Positions 30,813-40,778 of a stretch of DNA of 64,000 bases are shown here, piece after piece. Under the pieces are notes generated by a model that searched no databases, was not told the DNA's origin, and saw only the letters and a program-made list of their open reading frames with translations. Made by a program: the position numbers and the translations under genes. Each line of letters opens with the position of its first letter. Position 1 is the first letter of the stretch. Source of the DNA: an uncultured bacterium (lineage in GTDB: Bacteria > Verrucomicrobiota > Verrucomicrobiia > Verrucomicrobiales > DEV007); assembly GCA_963977015.1 (NCBI GenBank), contig CAXBMO010000004.1, positions 64,001-128,000 on the forward strand. Direction: 5' to 3'.

Positions 30813-31088
30813 GGAAGACGGCCAAGTGCTTCAGCGACTCAACCTGACGAACCCTCAACGATCCGAACTTCGCGGGCAACTGGAATCATACATCCACGTT
30901 CGCTTTGGCAACGGGCACTCTCCTCATCAGAACCTTGATTGGTGTCCCCGCTCTTGATTTTCCGCTCCAGATGATCTCACAGCTCCTGAGAGCCATTGAA
31001 GCAAGCCTGGAGTCGATGTAAATCGATCGGGTTCAATTACGAGGCCGTGCCTACGATCATGAACCGGAATGCGGGGAATGCGAACCCC

Positions 31089-34000
31089 TCAACCTTCGGT
31101 CTGCTGGCGGCGACGCAATTCGTCGTCTTCCGTGGATATGACAGGAACAAAGGTCGCCCCTCCGCCTTCGCCCGCAATTTGGTTGGCCTCCATTTCAACA
31201 GAGATTGAACCTTGTGAGCGATCCACGTTGAACGGCCTTTCACCAAGCGGCGTGATGCCGTCAGCTCCAACAATTTGTCCCGTGCTGACTCCGCCGGTGC
31301 TGCCGGAACTGCCGCCTTGGTAAGATACCTTTCTTCCACGGATTCCATCTCCATCCAACAAGACGGGGTTTTCAACTTCCGGAAACGCCGGATTCAAAGC
31401 CGCATCTGGGTCGTTCAACACAAATTCGGATTGATCGAAAGATTCCGTGGACGGAATATTGAGCTCAAACGTCGGCCGAAAATTCGGAATTTCAGGAACC
31501 GTCGGAATAAAGACCGTGGTTGGAGTTGGTGAAGGAATGAACGGAACACTCGCAACGGACTTTCGAGGCAGTAACGGAATCGAGTCCTTCCCGCCCCTTC
31601 CTGGAGCTCCCGGCACTGAAACCGCTTCTCCGGAATAGAAAATCGTGTAACCAGATCCAACGAGATCGCCCACCGGCCCAAAACTGCCAAGCGGCCGTCC
31701 GTTGGCGTCACGGGTGAAGCCAAATTCCTGGGCAATGTTCTCATTGGATCCCAAAGTAGGAGTTGTGGGATGGAGATAAGAGCTGCCATTCAACAAGGTC
31801 CCTGAAGCGATCTGATTATTGTCGACCGTTCCCGGAGTTTCACCTGCTGGTAAACGGTCCGTCATGTAGATTCGCAACGCACCGCTGCTTCCAGACGTTA
31901 TGACGCCGACGTTTCCGGAACCATCGCCAATGTCATCAATGATTGTCAGGTTGCCTTGCCCGTTGGATGCGGGATCCCGGCTAACGGCAACAAAGGTATT
32001 CCCATTGCTGATTGATTCGAGGCGAACACTGGGAGATTGGGCGTGACCAATCATCCCACCGGTCATATTTAAATCGTCTCCCGCCGCTACCGAAATATCA
32101 CCACTTTGGTAACTCCGAATACCCGCTACGGGGTTATCCAGGAGATTATCGCCGTGGCCAATCTTGGCGTAGGCATCTTCTCCCGATCCATTGGTAAGAT
32201 CGATCGACTCACCCACTCGGATATCGATGTCTCCAGACATGTTGATGTTCGGAAACGCGCTGGAATTGTTACCAGCTCCGCCATGACCAATTTGGGCGAA
32301 GGAACCTCGTGCGCCGGTCGTCGCGGCCTCATCAAGGCCAGTGGTCGTTGCCGTCACCCGAAAACGGCTAGTGTAATCGGCGGTACCGTCGTTGAACGTC
32401 GGGACCGAGGCAAATGTGCTGGTCTCATCATAGTTGTCGTAATCCAAGATATTGGTCAAGGTGCCCAAGTCCCCTGGGGCGGAGGGATCAATAATTCCGA
32501 ATCCCACACTGCTGGTCCAGTTGGCTGCACCACCGTCGTTTCGCCCACTTGCACCGGCTCCGCCCCCGCCATTGGCAAAGATGAACTGAATATCGTGCCA
32601 CCCATCACCATTGGTCCCCATCCCGAAATCAATGGTCCCAGCTTGAGCTCCAGTGTTCCCGTTGTCGGTTCCAAGGGAGCTGGTGGCATTGCTCCACGTA
32701 TTGTTTACAATCAATTCATTGCCATCAACAATCACTCTCGCTCGGTCATCGATGTTCTCGGCAAAACCAAAAAATCCATCGGCATCGTAAAACTGCCCAT
32801 GATAGACAATGGTTTCGTTATCCCCCAAGACCGCCCACGGCCCGGTTCCCGAAGCATCACCGGCCAACACATGGCTGACGAGCTCGGTTTGGAAGAGATT
32901 CGAAGCACTTGGGGTAAGCGTGTTGCTGTTTGAATAAATTTGCTGAAGAAGCCCCTCCCCGACCAACGACGATATGTCGTTGACGATTTCGTTCCCTCCC
33001 AGGATGAAAAGATTGCCGGCAGTGACCACCTCCACATCACCGCGCAAATTCAAAATCGGACTTGTATCCCGCGTGAGGACATCGCCGATCGCATTTCCCC
33101 CATGCCCGATCATCGCATGGTTACCTGACCCAACATTCCCCTGCATCGTAATGTCGCCGTCGGCCATTACAGTCACGTTCGATGCGGCCGAAGTGGTAAG
33201 CTCCACAGAAGTCCCTTGCGCAAAATGGCCAATTTGCGCGAAATTGCTTCGTCCCGTGGGACTGATGCCACCAAGGACATCAATGGTTCCTCCCGCATCA
33301 ACCGTGATGGATCCATCAACATTGATGGGGGCTGAACTGGGAGACTCGCCAGCGCCATGGCCAATGGCTGCATAGGCAAACGTTCCGTCCCCGCCGGCAA
33401 CAGTTACATTGGAAGCTGCCTCGACCGTGATACTGCCAACGGCGTCAAAACTCGTTCCTGCACCACCGTGTCCAATGGTGGCATAGCGTCGGGATTCACC
33501 GCCGCCTCCGCCATCATCTCCTCCACCGTTCAGAATAATACTCCCGTTGGTTGAGCGCACCACGATATCTGAGGGACTGGCACTGGTACCAAAGGACAGT
33601 CCCGAGACATTGGAAAGGGTGCCACCATGGCCGATCGATGCGTTGGAGTCGTGATTCACGCCACCTGTCAGGGTAATATCGTCCACTGCAGTCACCGTAA
33701 TATTTCCGGTCACCGTTCCTCCTACGCTCGCATCATGAATGGAATGGCCAATCATGGCAAAGGTCCGTTCCCCATTGGTATTGTCGCCTAAAGCACCTCC
33801 TCCGATAAGGGAAATGCTCCCCGTGGAATTGACCACAATATCGCCGGAAAGGTTACTGTCATTGTATTGACCTCCGTGACCAATGATGGCGGGCCGACTG
33901 TTTTCCACTCCTCCCTGCACCGAAATAGTTCCGGAATTGATTTCAATTCTGCCACTGTGATCGCCATCCGAATTATAACCGCCATGGCCGATCTGCGTAA

Positions 34001-37000
34001 TCGTGCCTGCTCCCCGATTGGCTCCGTCATTTGCGCCTCCGGAGTTCATTTCAATGCCACCCGAAGCGTTGATTGTTATCGCGCCTGAAAAGTTCCCCTG
34101 TGCGTCAAAACCTCCGTGTCCGACGCGCGCCCCCGAAGAATTTCCACTATCGAGACTGCTGATGGTCAGCAGCGACGTCGTCACATCAATCGCGCCGGAG
34201 TGATTGCCACTCGAATCGTCTCCCCCGTTACCAATTAGGGCAAAGGAGTGGTCGTTTCCACTTCCTCCCGTCACTTCGAGTCTCTGCTCTGCAACGACGG
34301 TGACGTCACCGACCATATTTCCATCAGAGTTAAAGCCGCCGAGACCAATCATGGCGAATGAGTCAGAAGCGGTCCCTCCACTAAGCAGAATCGTCTTGCC
34401 CGTAACCGTAGTGGGGCCGGTGTGATCTCCGTTCACGTCCCATCCGCCGTGTCCGATGTGAGCAAAGCCGTCATTGCCACGTCCGTTCAACTCCACATAG
34501 CCAGCATTGACAACAACCGCACCCGACGCGGTTCCGGTGATCTGCTGACCACCATGACCAATTTGAACGAAGTCTTGGTTGGATGTGCCTGCGTTCAGAA
34601 AAAGGGCTGAGGCATTCACATTAATATCTCCGGTCATGGTCGGAAAATTGACCAAGCGACCGCCATGCCCAATCAGCACATAGCCGTTTCCTCCTCCTCC
34701 GTTGGCCTGCAGAATTCCTTCGGCATTGAACGTAATATCGCCAGAAAGCGGAACTGCTGCCGCAGTGCCTGTCGCATCGGAAGTGTGGGCGCCGTGTCCA
34801 ATCTGAATGTAACGCTCCCCGCTTCCCGTGGAAGTGAGAAACGAGCTCCCCAATAGTTCGATATTGATATCTCCGGTCACGGGGCTGGTTGTGGCGGCAT
34901 CATAATGGGAGGTATTGAATCCAATGTGGACGTGCTCGTCAGTTTCATTGCCGACCCTTGCTATCAGATTCCGGGCAAAGAGGTTGGTCTCGCCACCGGC
35001 GCTGCCAATCTCGACCTGGAAGTAGAAATCATCCGGATTCAAATTGATGTCCCCGGCGTCACCGTAGGAGCCGTAGGTTCCCGCTCGAAGATCGGCTGCT
35101 GAGATGGCACCGGAAGGAGCAAGCGCATGGGAAGAGGTCTGGTCGACCACGTTGCTGGGATCTGCGTTGGCAACCAGGTTGGGACCGAACAGGGAAACGC
35201 CTCCTCCGTCCCATCCCGCCACGAGATTGATATTGCCGCTTCCATGATTGACAATCTGCGTCGCTCCGCGGTCGCTGGCATTAAAAGCGACGTTGATATC
35301 TTCGTGAGCAAAAAACGACAAGGAGTTGGAGTTGTTCCCGATGATTTGAACGTCCGATTCAATGTCAATCTTACCGACGCCACTGCCAACGCCCGAGGTG
35401 TGCACGACAACGTTTCCGGAATTCCACGCGGCAATCAGTGCATCGGCGTCAATCACGCCCGCCCCCAACCCGGGCTCCTGAGCAGATCCGGCAGCAGCAT
35501 TTCCATCACCAACCGTTGAACCATCCGAGTTCACCTGCCCGATGGTAACATCAACCGGATCCAGCAGCAGGAAACCGTTCTCTCCCGTTCCTCCAGACAA
35601 ATCCACGCTTCCTGAATAGGTCAGCGTTTCCAGTCCGGAAACTTCCACCACACCGCCATTGCCAACTCCGGCAACACTGGCAAAGCCCCGGAAATCCGTT
35701 TCTCCATCCGACCAGACTGCAATCTGGCCTCCGTTACCCGATTGGGTCGCATCTGCCCGAATCACGGCTCCGGCGGCAACATTGGTCTTCGATGAGTTTC
35801 GCAGACTCACAACCCGCCCCTGAAATCCGCCACCAATATTGATGTTTCCGCCTCCCGTTGCACCGCTCGCATCAACCACGGCCATGGGCCCCACATTCAC
35901 TTCGTCACCGGTCACATTGACCGTTCCGCCAATCCCGCCATTCCCGGTCGCACTGACATTCCCGGCCACCGTCATTCCATCGACGGCATGAAGTTCCACC
36001 GTGCCCCCGGCAGCGCCTCCGTTGGCTTGGATGATCCCCGTCTGACCAATCAGCACATTCTGGCCCGACAAATCCACCAAGCCGCCATTTCCAACTCTAC
36101 CATTGGCCAACAACAGACCATCCGCCTGGACCCTTCCATTGCTTTGCACTCCAATTGTCCCCCCTTCGACTTCGCCCTCAGCTCCCAACGTGCTGTTTGG
36201 GTAAAAAACAACCTCTCCCGCCGTCACCGCCACATTTCCTCCGTTTCCAACCTCACCTCTTGCCGTGACGCTTGCACCAGTCATCACTTCGACTCGCCCC
36301 ACATCAGAGGCGACACCGACCTGAATTTGCCCACCTTCGGTTCCGTTTGCCATGACGCTTGCTCCGGTATCTACCCGCACCGAAGAAGCGGCCAATCCAA
36401 CGGACCCTCCAATATTGCCGCTACCCGACGCATTCAAAATTCCGCCGACATGGATCTCCCCCATTCCCGCGTGAATTTCGATTCCGCCGCCGCTTCCATC
36501 CGCGTTGCGGGCCGAAATTTCTCCGGTATTCGAAACATTGCCATTGGCGGCACTCAGCACCACGCGGCCTCCATCCACACCTGCTCCGGAGACTCGAACC
36601 ACACCCGTGTTATTGATCGCGAGAGCTCCGACGTTACCGTGAGCCTTCAACTCCGCCATCGCGGAACGAATCTCTCCCGTATTCGTGACTGAACCTTCTC
36701 CCGCGCTGACAAACACTCGTTCACTTCCCAACGCCTTGAGCAGAACCCGGTTCCCCGCAGCCAATCCAACGGTTCCGTCGACCGCACCAATCGCACCATG
36801 GTTGGCGACGCTTCTTCCCACCAGAAAGACATCACCACCAACGGCATTGATCGTGCCGAAGTTGACAGTATCTCCGAGTCCGCCCCCTGAAAGCTCGATA
36901 TCCCCACCCGACATAAACGCCTCATTGCTGACATCCAAGGTCGAACCCACCAAACCAAACACATCGACGGTCGATCCAGCGCCAAACAACACGCCGTTCT

Positions 37001-37349
37001 GGTTGATCAGCCAGACATTTCCGTTTGCTCGAAGGGCACCATTGATCTGGGAAGGCGATCCGCCCGTTACCCGGTTGAGGATCGCGGCCTGCGTGCCGGG
37101 CTGAAAAAATTGGGTGAGTTCACCGCTATCGATCGAGAAGTTCTGCCACTCGATAATCGCCCGATCCGAAAACTGGTCGATGTTCAGCGTTCCACCAGTC
37201 GCCTCGTGAATCGTCACATCTCCCGTAATAACCTCACCTCCAAAGGGATTGGCATAAATTGGAACGGAAAAAAGAGGCATCGACACCACCAATATCGCAC
37301 TGGTCAGGTGCTTGGCCCATCGAGGGAAATGGAGAGGTTTTGGTTTCAA
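31089..37349 (-). CDS. Filamentous haemagglutinin-like TpsA exoprotein, 2086 aa, with IGHGG repeats and a PA14-like insert
   Basis: Signal peptide, then TPS domain (WQNFSI, AILNRVTGGSPSQING, VWLINQNGVLFG), GG.I.v beta-helix repeats, LLDP motif. TTG start uncertain. Confidence 0.9.
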   Translation of the reverse strand: MKPKPLHFPRWAKHLTSAILVVSMPLFSVPIYANPFGGEVITGDVTIHEATGGTLNIDQFSDRAIIEWQNFSIDSGELTQFFQPGTQAAILNRVTGGSPSQINGALRANGNVWLINQNGVLFGAGSTVDVFGLVGSTLDVSNEAFMSGGDIELSGGGLGDTVNFGTINAVGGDVFLVGRSVANHGAIGAVDGTVGLAAGNRVLLKALGSERVFVSAGEGSVTNTGEIRSAMAELKAHGNVGALAINNTGVVRVSGAGVDGGRVVLSAANGNVSNTGEISARNADGSGGGIEIHAGMGEIHVGGILNASGSGNIGGSVGLAASSVRVDTGASVMANGTEGGQIQVGVASDVGRVEVMTGASVTARGEVGNGGNVAVTAGEVVFYPNSTLGAEGEVEGGTIGVQSNGRVQADGLLLANGRVGNGGLVDLSGQNVLIGQTGIIQANGGAAGGTVELHAVDGMTVAGNVSATGNGGIGGTVNVTGDEVNVGPMAVVDASGATGGGNINIGGGFQGRVVSLRNSSKTNVAAGAVIRADATQSGNGGQIAVWSDGETDFRGFASVAGVGNGGVVEVSGLETLTYSGSVDLSGGTGENGFLLLDPVDVTIGQVNSDGSTVGDGNAAAGSAQEPGLGAGVIDADALIAAWNSGNVVVHTSGVGSGVGKIDIESDVQIIGNNSNSLSFFAHEDINVAFNASDRGATQIVNHGSGNINLVAGWDGGGVSLFGPNLVANADPSNVVDQTSSHALAPSGAISAADLRAGTYGSYGDAGDINLNPDDFYFQVEIGSAGGETNLFARNLIARVGNETDEHVHIGFNTSHYDAATTSPVTGDINIELLGSSFLTSTGSGERYIQIGHGAHTSDATGTAAAVPLSGDITFNAEGILQANGGGGNGYVLIGHGGRLVNFPTMTGDINVNASALFLNAGTSNQDFVQIGHGGQQITGTASGAVVVNAGYVELNGRGNDGFAHIGHGGWDVNGDHTGPTTVTGKTILLSGGTASDSFAMIGLGGFNSDGNMVGDVTVVAEQRLEVTGGSGNDHSFALIGNGGDDSSGNHSGAIDVTTSLLTISSLDSGNSSGARVGHGGFDAQGNFSGAITINASGGIEMNSGGANDGANRGAGTITQIGHGGYNSDGDHSGRIEINSGTISVQGGVENSRPAIIGHGGQYNDSNLSGDIVVNSTGSISLIGGGALGDNTNGERTFAMIGHSIHDASVGGTVTGNITVTAVDDITLTGGVNHDSNASIGHGGTLSNVSGLSFGTSASPSDIVVRSTNGSIILNGGGDDGGGGGESRRYATIGHGGAGTSFDAVGSITVEAASNVTVAGGDGTFAYAAIGHGAGESPSSAPINVDGSITVDAGGTIDVLGGISPTGRSNFAQIGHFAQGTSVELTTSAASNVTVMADGDITMQGNVGSGNHAMIGHGGNAIGDVLTRDTSPILNLRGDVEVVTAGNLFILGGNEIVNDISSLVGEGLLQQIYSNSNTLTPSASNLFQTELVSHVLAGDASGTGPWAVLGDNETIVYHGQFYDADGFFGFAENIDDRARVIVDGNELIVNNTWSNATSSLGTDNGNTGAQAGTIDFGMGTNGDGWHDIQFIFANGGGGAGASGRNDGGAANWTSSVGFGIIDPSAPGDLGTLTNILDYDNYDETSTFASVPTFNDGTADYTSRFRVTATTTGLDEAATTGARGSFAQIGHGGAGNNSSAFPNINMSGDIDIRVGESIDLTNGSGEDAYAKIGHGDNLLDNPVAGIRSYQSGDISVAAGDDLNMTGGMIGHAQSPSVRLESISNGNTFVAVSRDPASNGQGNLTIIDDIGDGSGNVGVITSGSSGALRIYMTDRLPAGETPGTVDNNQIASGTLLNGSSYLHPTTPTLGSNENIAQEFGFTRDANGRPLGSFGPVGDLVGSGYTIFYSGEAVSVPGAPGRGGKDSIPLLPRKSVASVPFIPSPTPTTVFIPTVPEIPNFRPTFELNIPSTESFDQSEFVLNDPDAALNPAFPEVENPVLLDGDGIRGRKVSYQGGSSGSTGGVSTGQIVGADGITPLGERPFNVDRSQGSISVEMEANQIAGEGGGATFVPVISTEDDELRRRQQTEG

Positions 37350-37372
37350 AATGTTGGGTTTCAGAATTGCGG

Positions 37373-38278
37373 TTAATAGGTATTAGCCTGAACTGCCGAA
37401 GTGTGACTCGAATTCTCATTTCGCACTTCAGTCTTTTCAAGAAGTTCGATTACGGCATCCATCGGGGTGACCACCGAGTAGCCTGAATTTGCGACATCCT
37501 GATTCACGGATCGATTTTGAGAATCTATCCAGTTCTGAGCGACAGGAACGTATTGGCTAACGAGTCCCATCACCGAATAAAGCTCGTTTCCGGACTCATC
37601 TTCCGTTCTCCAGATCACCGGACCTCCACTGTTTCCCCCATCAACGCGGCAATCCAGGATGACGTTGGAGTATTCGGGATGGATTCCCGCGATAATTCCC
37701 TCTCGCAGCAAGGGAAACCTCTGGTCCAACTGGCTACCATCAGGTAAACCCACGGAATTCGGAAATCCACTGACATAGACCCGGGCTCCAAATCGCAGTC
37801 CTTCGAGCCGCGTCAAATTTTTCCAGTCGACCACCGTCAACCGCCCTCCTTCTCGAAGCGTCACCGACGGCAAATAGGTAATCGGACGCTGCTTCTCATT
37901 GCCATTGGCGATTCCAATTCGAAGAATCGCCGCATCCCAGGTTTCGTGAAACCGACATTCCCCCGCCTTGGACAAGGCCTGTAAATCAATCGTCAACTTA
38001 CTCGGCTGAACTCCCCGCTCCTGCAGCCCAAAAGCCGACAACCGCATCGAAGGGGACCAGAATTTACCTTCCCGGTTCAGAACCACGTGCCTCGCGGTAA
38101 CGAGGTAAACAGAATCCGAGTGCAAAACGAAAAAACCAGAGCCCTGACCGCCATCGAAATCCATCTGCACCAGCACCGGGTAGGCCACCGTTTCCGTAGG
38201 CAACCCCGCGTTGCTGGCCCCAGAAAAGCCGAGCATCAGGCACAAAAAAACCGCTGCTCTCGTCAGATTACCGATCAT
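37373..38278 (-). CDS. Secreted trypsin-like serine protease
   Basis: GSGF, TARH (His), DAAIL (Asp), GNSGGP (Ser); signal peptide. Confidence 0.9.
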   Translation of the reverse strand: MIGNLTRAAVFLCLMLGFSGASNAGLPTETVAYPVLVQMDFDGGQGSGFFVLHSDSVYLVTARHVVLNREGKFWSPSMRLSAFGLQERGVQPSKLTIDLQALSKAGECRFHETWDAAILRIGIANGNEKQRPITYLPSVTLREGGRLTVVDWKNLTRLEGLRFGARVYVSGFPNSVGLPDGSQLDQRFPLLREGIIAGIHPEYSNVILDCRVDGGNSGGPVIWRTEDESGNELYSVMGLVSQYVPVAQNWIDSQNRSVNQDVANSGYSVVTPMDAVIELLEKTEVRNENSSHTSAVQANTY

Positions 38279-38495
38279 TGCGTTTCGTAGTTTATGTTCT
38301 CAGTAGCGACTGAAACTCAGTCCAACCTGTTTTGTTGCGATCCAAGTGAATGTTTCCCTGATTTGCGCCGAAAGGGCAATCAAATTCGGTCAACAAATCA
38401 TCACCTTGCACACAGACACGACTGATACGGCAGCAATGTTACATCTTAAATTGATTTTAACCACCCTATGTAACCAAAAGGCGTAATCTTCACGC

Positions 38496-38876
38496 TCAGC
38501 TTGGCAGTTCCACGATGCACTCAATCTCGACACTGGCGCCGAGAGGAAGTGCCGCGACCTGAATGGTGGAGCGGGCGGGTTTGTGGCTGCCAAACGCGGC
38601 TTCGTAGAGGCCATTCACCGTGGCGAAGTTGCTAAGATCGGTGAGAAAAATGGTCGTTTTGGCGATATTCTCAAAACCTGCGTCAACTGTGGCAAGGAGG
38701 GCGCGGATATTGGTGATGACCTGCTGCGTCTCCGCCTCGATGCCGCCTTCGACGATTTTCATGGTCGCAGGATCAAGCGGGATTTGCCCGGAGCAGAAGA
38801 GGAGATTGCCAACGCGTGCGGCGTGGGAGTAGGGACCGACGGCAGCGGGAGCTTCAGGAGAATTGATGAGAGTCAT
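38496..38876 (-). CDS. ridA: RidA family enamine/imine deaminase
   Basis: APAAVGPYS, SGQIP, N..Y...F...KPARS, LP....VEIE; start at ATG 38876. Confidence 0.93.
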   Translation of the reverse strand: MTLINSPEAPAAVGPYSHAARVGNLLFCSGQIPLDPATMKIVEGGIEAETQQVITNIRALLATVDAGFENIAKTTIFLTDLSNFATVNGLYEAAFGSHKPARSTIQVAALPLGASVEIECIVELPS

Positions 38877-38996
38877 GGCGACGAAAGAATCACGAAAGTC
38901 GCGAATGGCGAATGGTTTCCGCAGTGGAAAGCCGATAAATTGCCTCAATCACAGTCTCTGCTTGAGTCCGAATTGTCGCGATGAGAATCTCACCCC

Positions 38997-40766
38997 ATGA
39001 ACCCCGTCACCATCTGCTATTTCGCCGGGTTCCTGCTCCTGACGACTCCCCTCGCCTTCCCGGCAGACGAGCGACGACCCAATTTGGTGATTTTCCTGGC
39101 CGATGACCAGGGTTGGGGAGATCTAAGTACTCAAGGTAACACCAATCTGGCGACCCCCAACATCGATTCGTTGGCGAGAGATGGGGCGATTCTGGAAAAC
39201 TTCTATGTTTGCGCGGTTTGCGCTCCAACCCGGGCTGAATTCCTGACCGGACGCTACCACTTCCGGACTGGAGTCAGCGGTGTGAGCGAGGGTACGGGGC
39301 GGTTGAATCCGGACGAAACCACGTTGGCAAACCTGTTCCGCGCGGCGGGCTATGCGACCGGTGCGTTTGGCAAATGGCACAATGGGACGCAATCCCCCTA
39401 TCATCCGCTCGACCGTGGATTTGATGAGTTCTATGGATTCACGTCGGGGCATTGGGGGCACTACTTCAGCCCACCGCTGGATCACAACCGGACACAGGTG
39501 AAAGGCAACGGATATCTAACGGACGACCTCACAGATCACGCACTTCGCTTCATCGAGGAAAATCACGCCGCGCCCTTCCTGTGCTACGTCCCGTTCAACA
39601 CGCCACATTCTCCCTTTTACGTCGATGACGATTTTTACGAAAAGTTCGAGAATCTTGATCCGGCGATGCGAAATCGTGATCCGGAAAAGGAGGACCTGCC
39701 AGCGACCCGCGCCGCGTTGGCGATGGTTGAGAACATCGATTGGAATGTCGGTCGCATCCTGGCCAAACTGGACGCGCTCGAATTGCGCGAAGAAACCATC
39801 GTCGTTTACTTTTCGGACAACGGACCCAACTCCTTCCGCTGGAACGGGGGCATGAAGGGAAAAAAGGGATCTGTCGATGAGGGAGGCCTCCGGTCACCGT
39901 TCCTCATCCGTTGGCCCGGCCAGATCGCGGCAGGGCAGACCATCACGGAGGTGGCGGGCGCCATTGATTTGCTGCCCACATTGACGGAGTTGGCCGGGGT
40001 GCCCGCGAAAACGGAGAAGCCGATCGACGGTCGCAGCTTTGCCGGATTGCTGCGGGGAGATTTCGACTTTGATTGGCCGGATCGCCAACTCTTCAGCATC
40101 TGGGGCAAGCGGAGAACCACGGTCCGCACCGCTCGGTTTCGGCTCGATGAAAAGGGCGCGTTGTTCGACATTGAGGCCGACCGGGGTCAGCACCGGAATG
40201 TTGCGGACCAGTATCCCGATATCGCGGCAAAGTTGCGCGAGGCCGCCGCTGAGCATCGCAGGGAAGCCGACCGCCAATTTGCCGCCAACGCAGATCGACC
40301 GTTTACGGTTGGCTACGCGGAGTCCACGACGTTGCCGGCTCGCGACGGAGTTCCCCACGGCACGATTCGCCGCAGCTCCAAAGCGCCGAACAATTCCTTC
40401 TTCAAAAACTGGACCCGCGAAGACGACTCGATCACCTGGGACATCGAGGTTGGAACGGCGGGCAACTACCGGGCAACCGTCTTCCAAACCTGTCCCGAGC
40501 CGAACGTCGGTTCCACGATTCGCCTGGCCTGGGGCCAATCCGCCACGGAAACAACCGTCCTCGAAGCCTTCGATCCGCCCTTGTGGGACAAATCCAAGGA
40601 ACGCGTCGCCGAATCGCATTACTTCGTGAAAGACTTCAAACCGCTTGATTTGGGCATCCTCACCCTGGGCGAGGGACGCGATCTCCTGACGTTGACCGCT
40701 CCCAAGTTGGTCAACGGTCACGGAATTGACGTCTACTCGATCGTTCTCGACCGCATCGAAGACTGA
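38997..40766 (+). CDS. Arylsulfatase (S1) with C-terminal beta-sandwich domain
   Basis: DDQGWGD, CAPTRAEFLTGR, GKWH, PHSP, SDNG. Confidence 0.93.
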   Translation: MNPVTICYFAGFLLLTTPLAFPADERRPNLVIFLADDQGWGDLSTQGNTNLATPNIDSLARDGAILENFYVCAVCAPTRAEFLTGRYHFRTGVSGVSEGTGRLNPDETTLANLFRAAGYATGAFGKWHNGTQSPYHPLDRGFDEFYGFTSGHWGHYFSPPLDHNRTQVKGNGYLTDDLTDHALRFIEENHAAPFLCYVPFNTPHSPFYVDDDFYEKFENLDPAMRNRDPEKEDLPATRAALAMVENIDWNVGRILAKLDALELREETIVVYFSDNGPNSFRWNGGMKGKKGSVDEGGLRSPFLIRWPGQIAAGQTITEVAGAIDLLPTLTELAGVPAKTEKPIDGRSFAGLLRGDFDFDWPDRQLFSIWGKRRTTVRTARFRLDEKGALFDIEADRGQHRNVADQYPDIAAKLREAAAEHRREADRQFAANADRPFTVGYAESTTLPARDGVPHGTIRRSSKAPNNSFFKNWTREDDSITWDIEVGTAGNYRATVFQTCPEPNVGSTIRLAWGQSATETTVLEAFDPPLWDKSKERVAESHYFVKDFKPLDLGILTLGEGRDLLTLTAPKLVNGHGIDVYSIVLDRIED

Positions 40767-40778
40767 CCAGTTTCCTGA

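Noticed and set aside
31089-31700. CdiA-type toxin tip and immunity gene
   Set aside because: No VENN-like motif, the C-terminus is Pro-rich and low-complexity, and no credible small gene follows.
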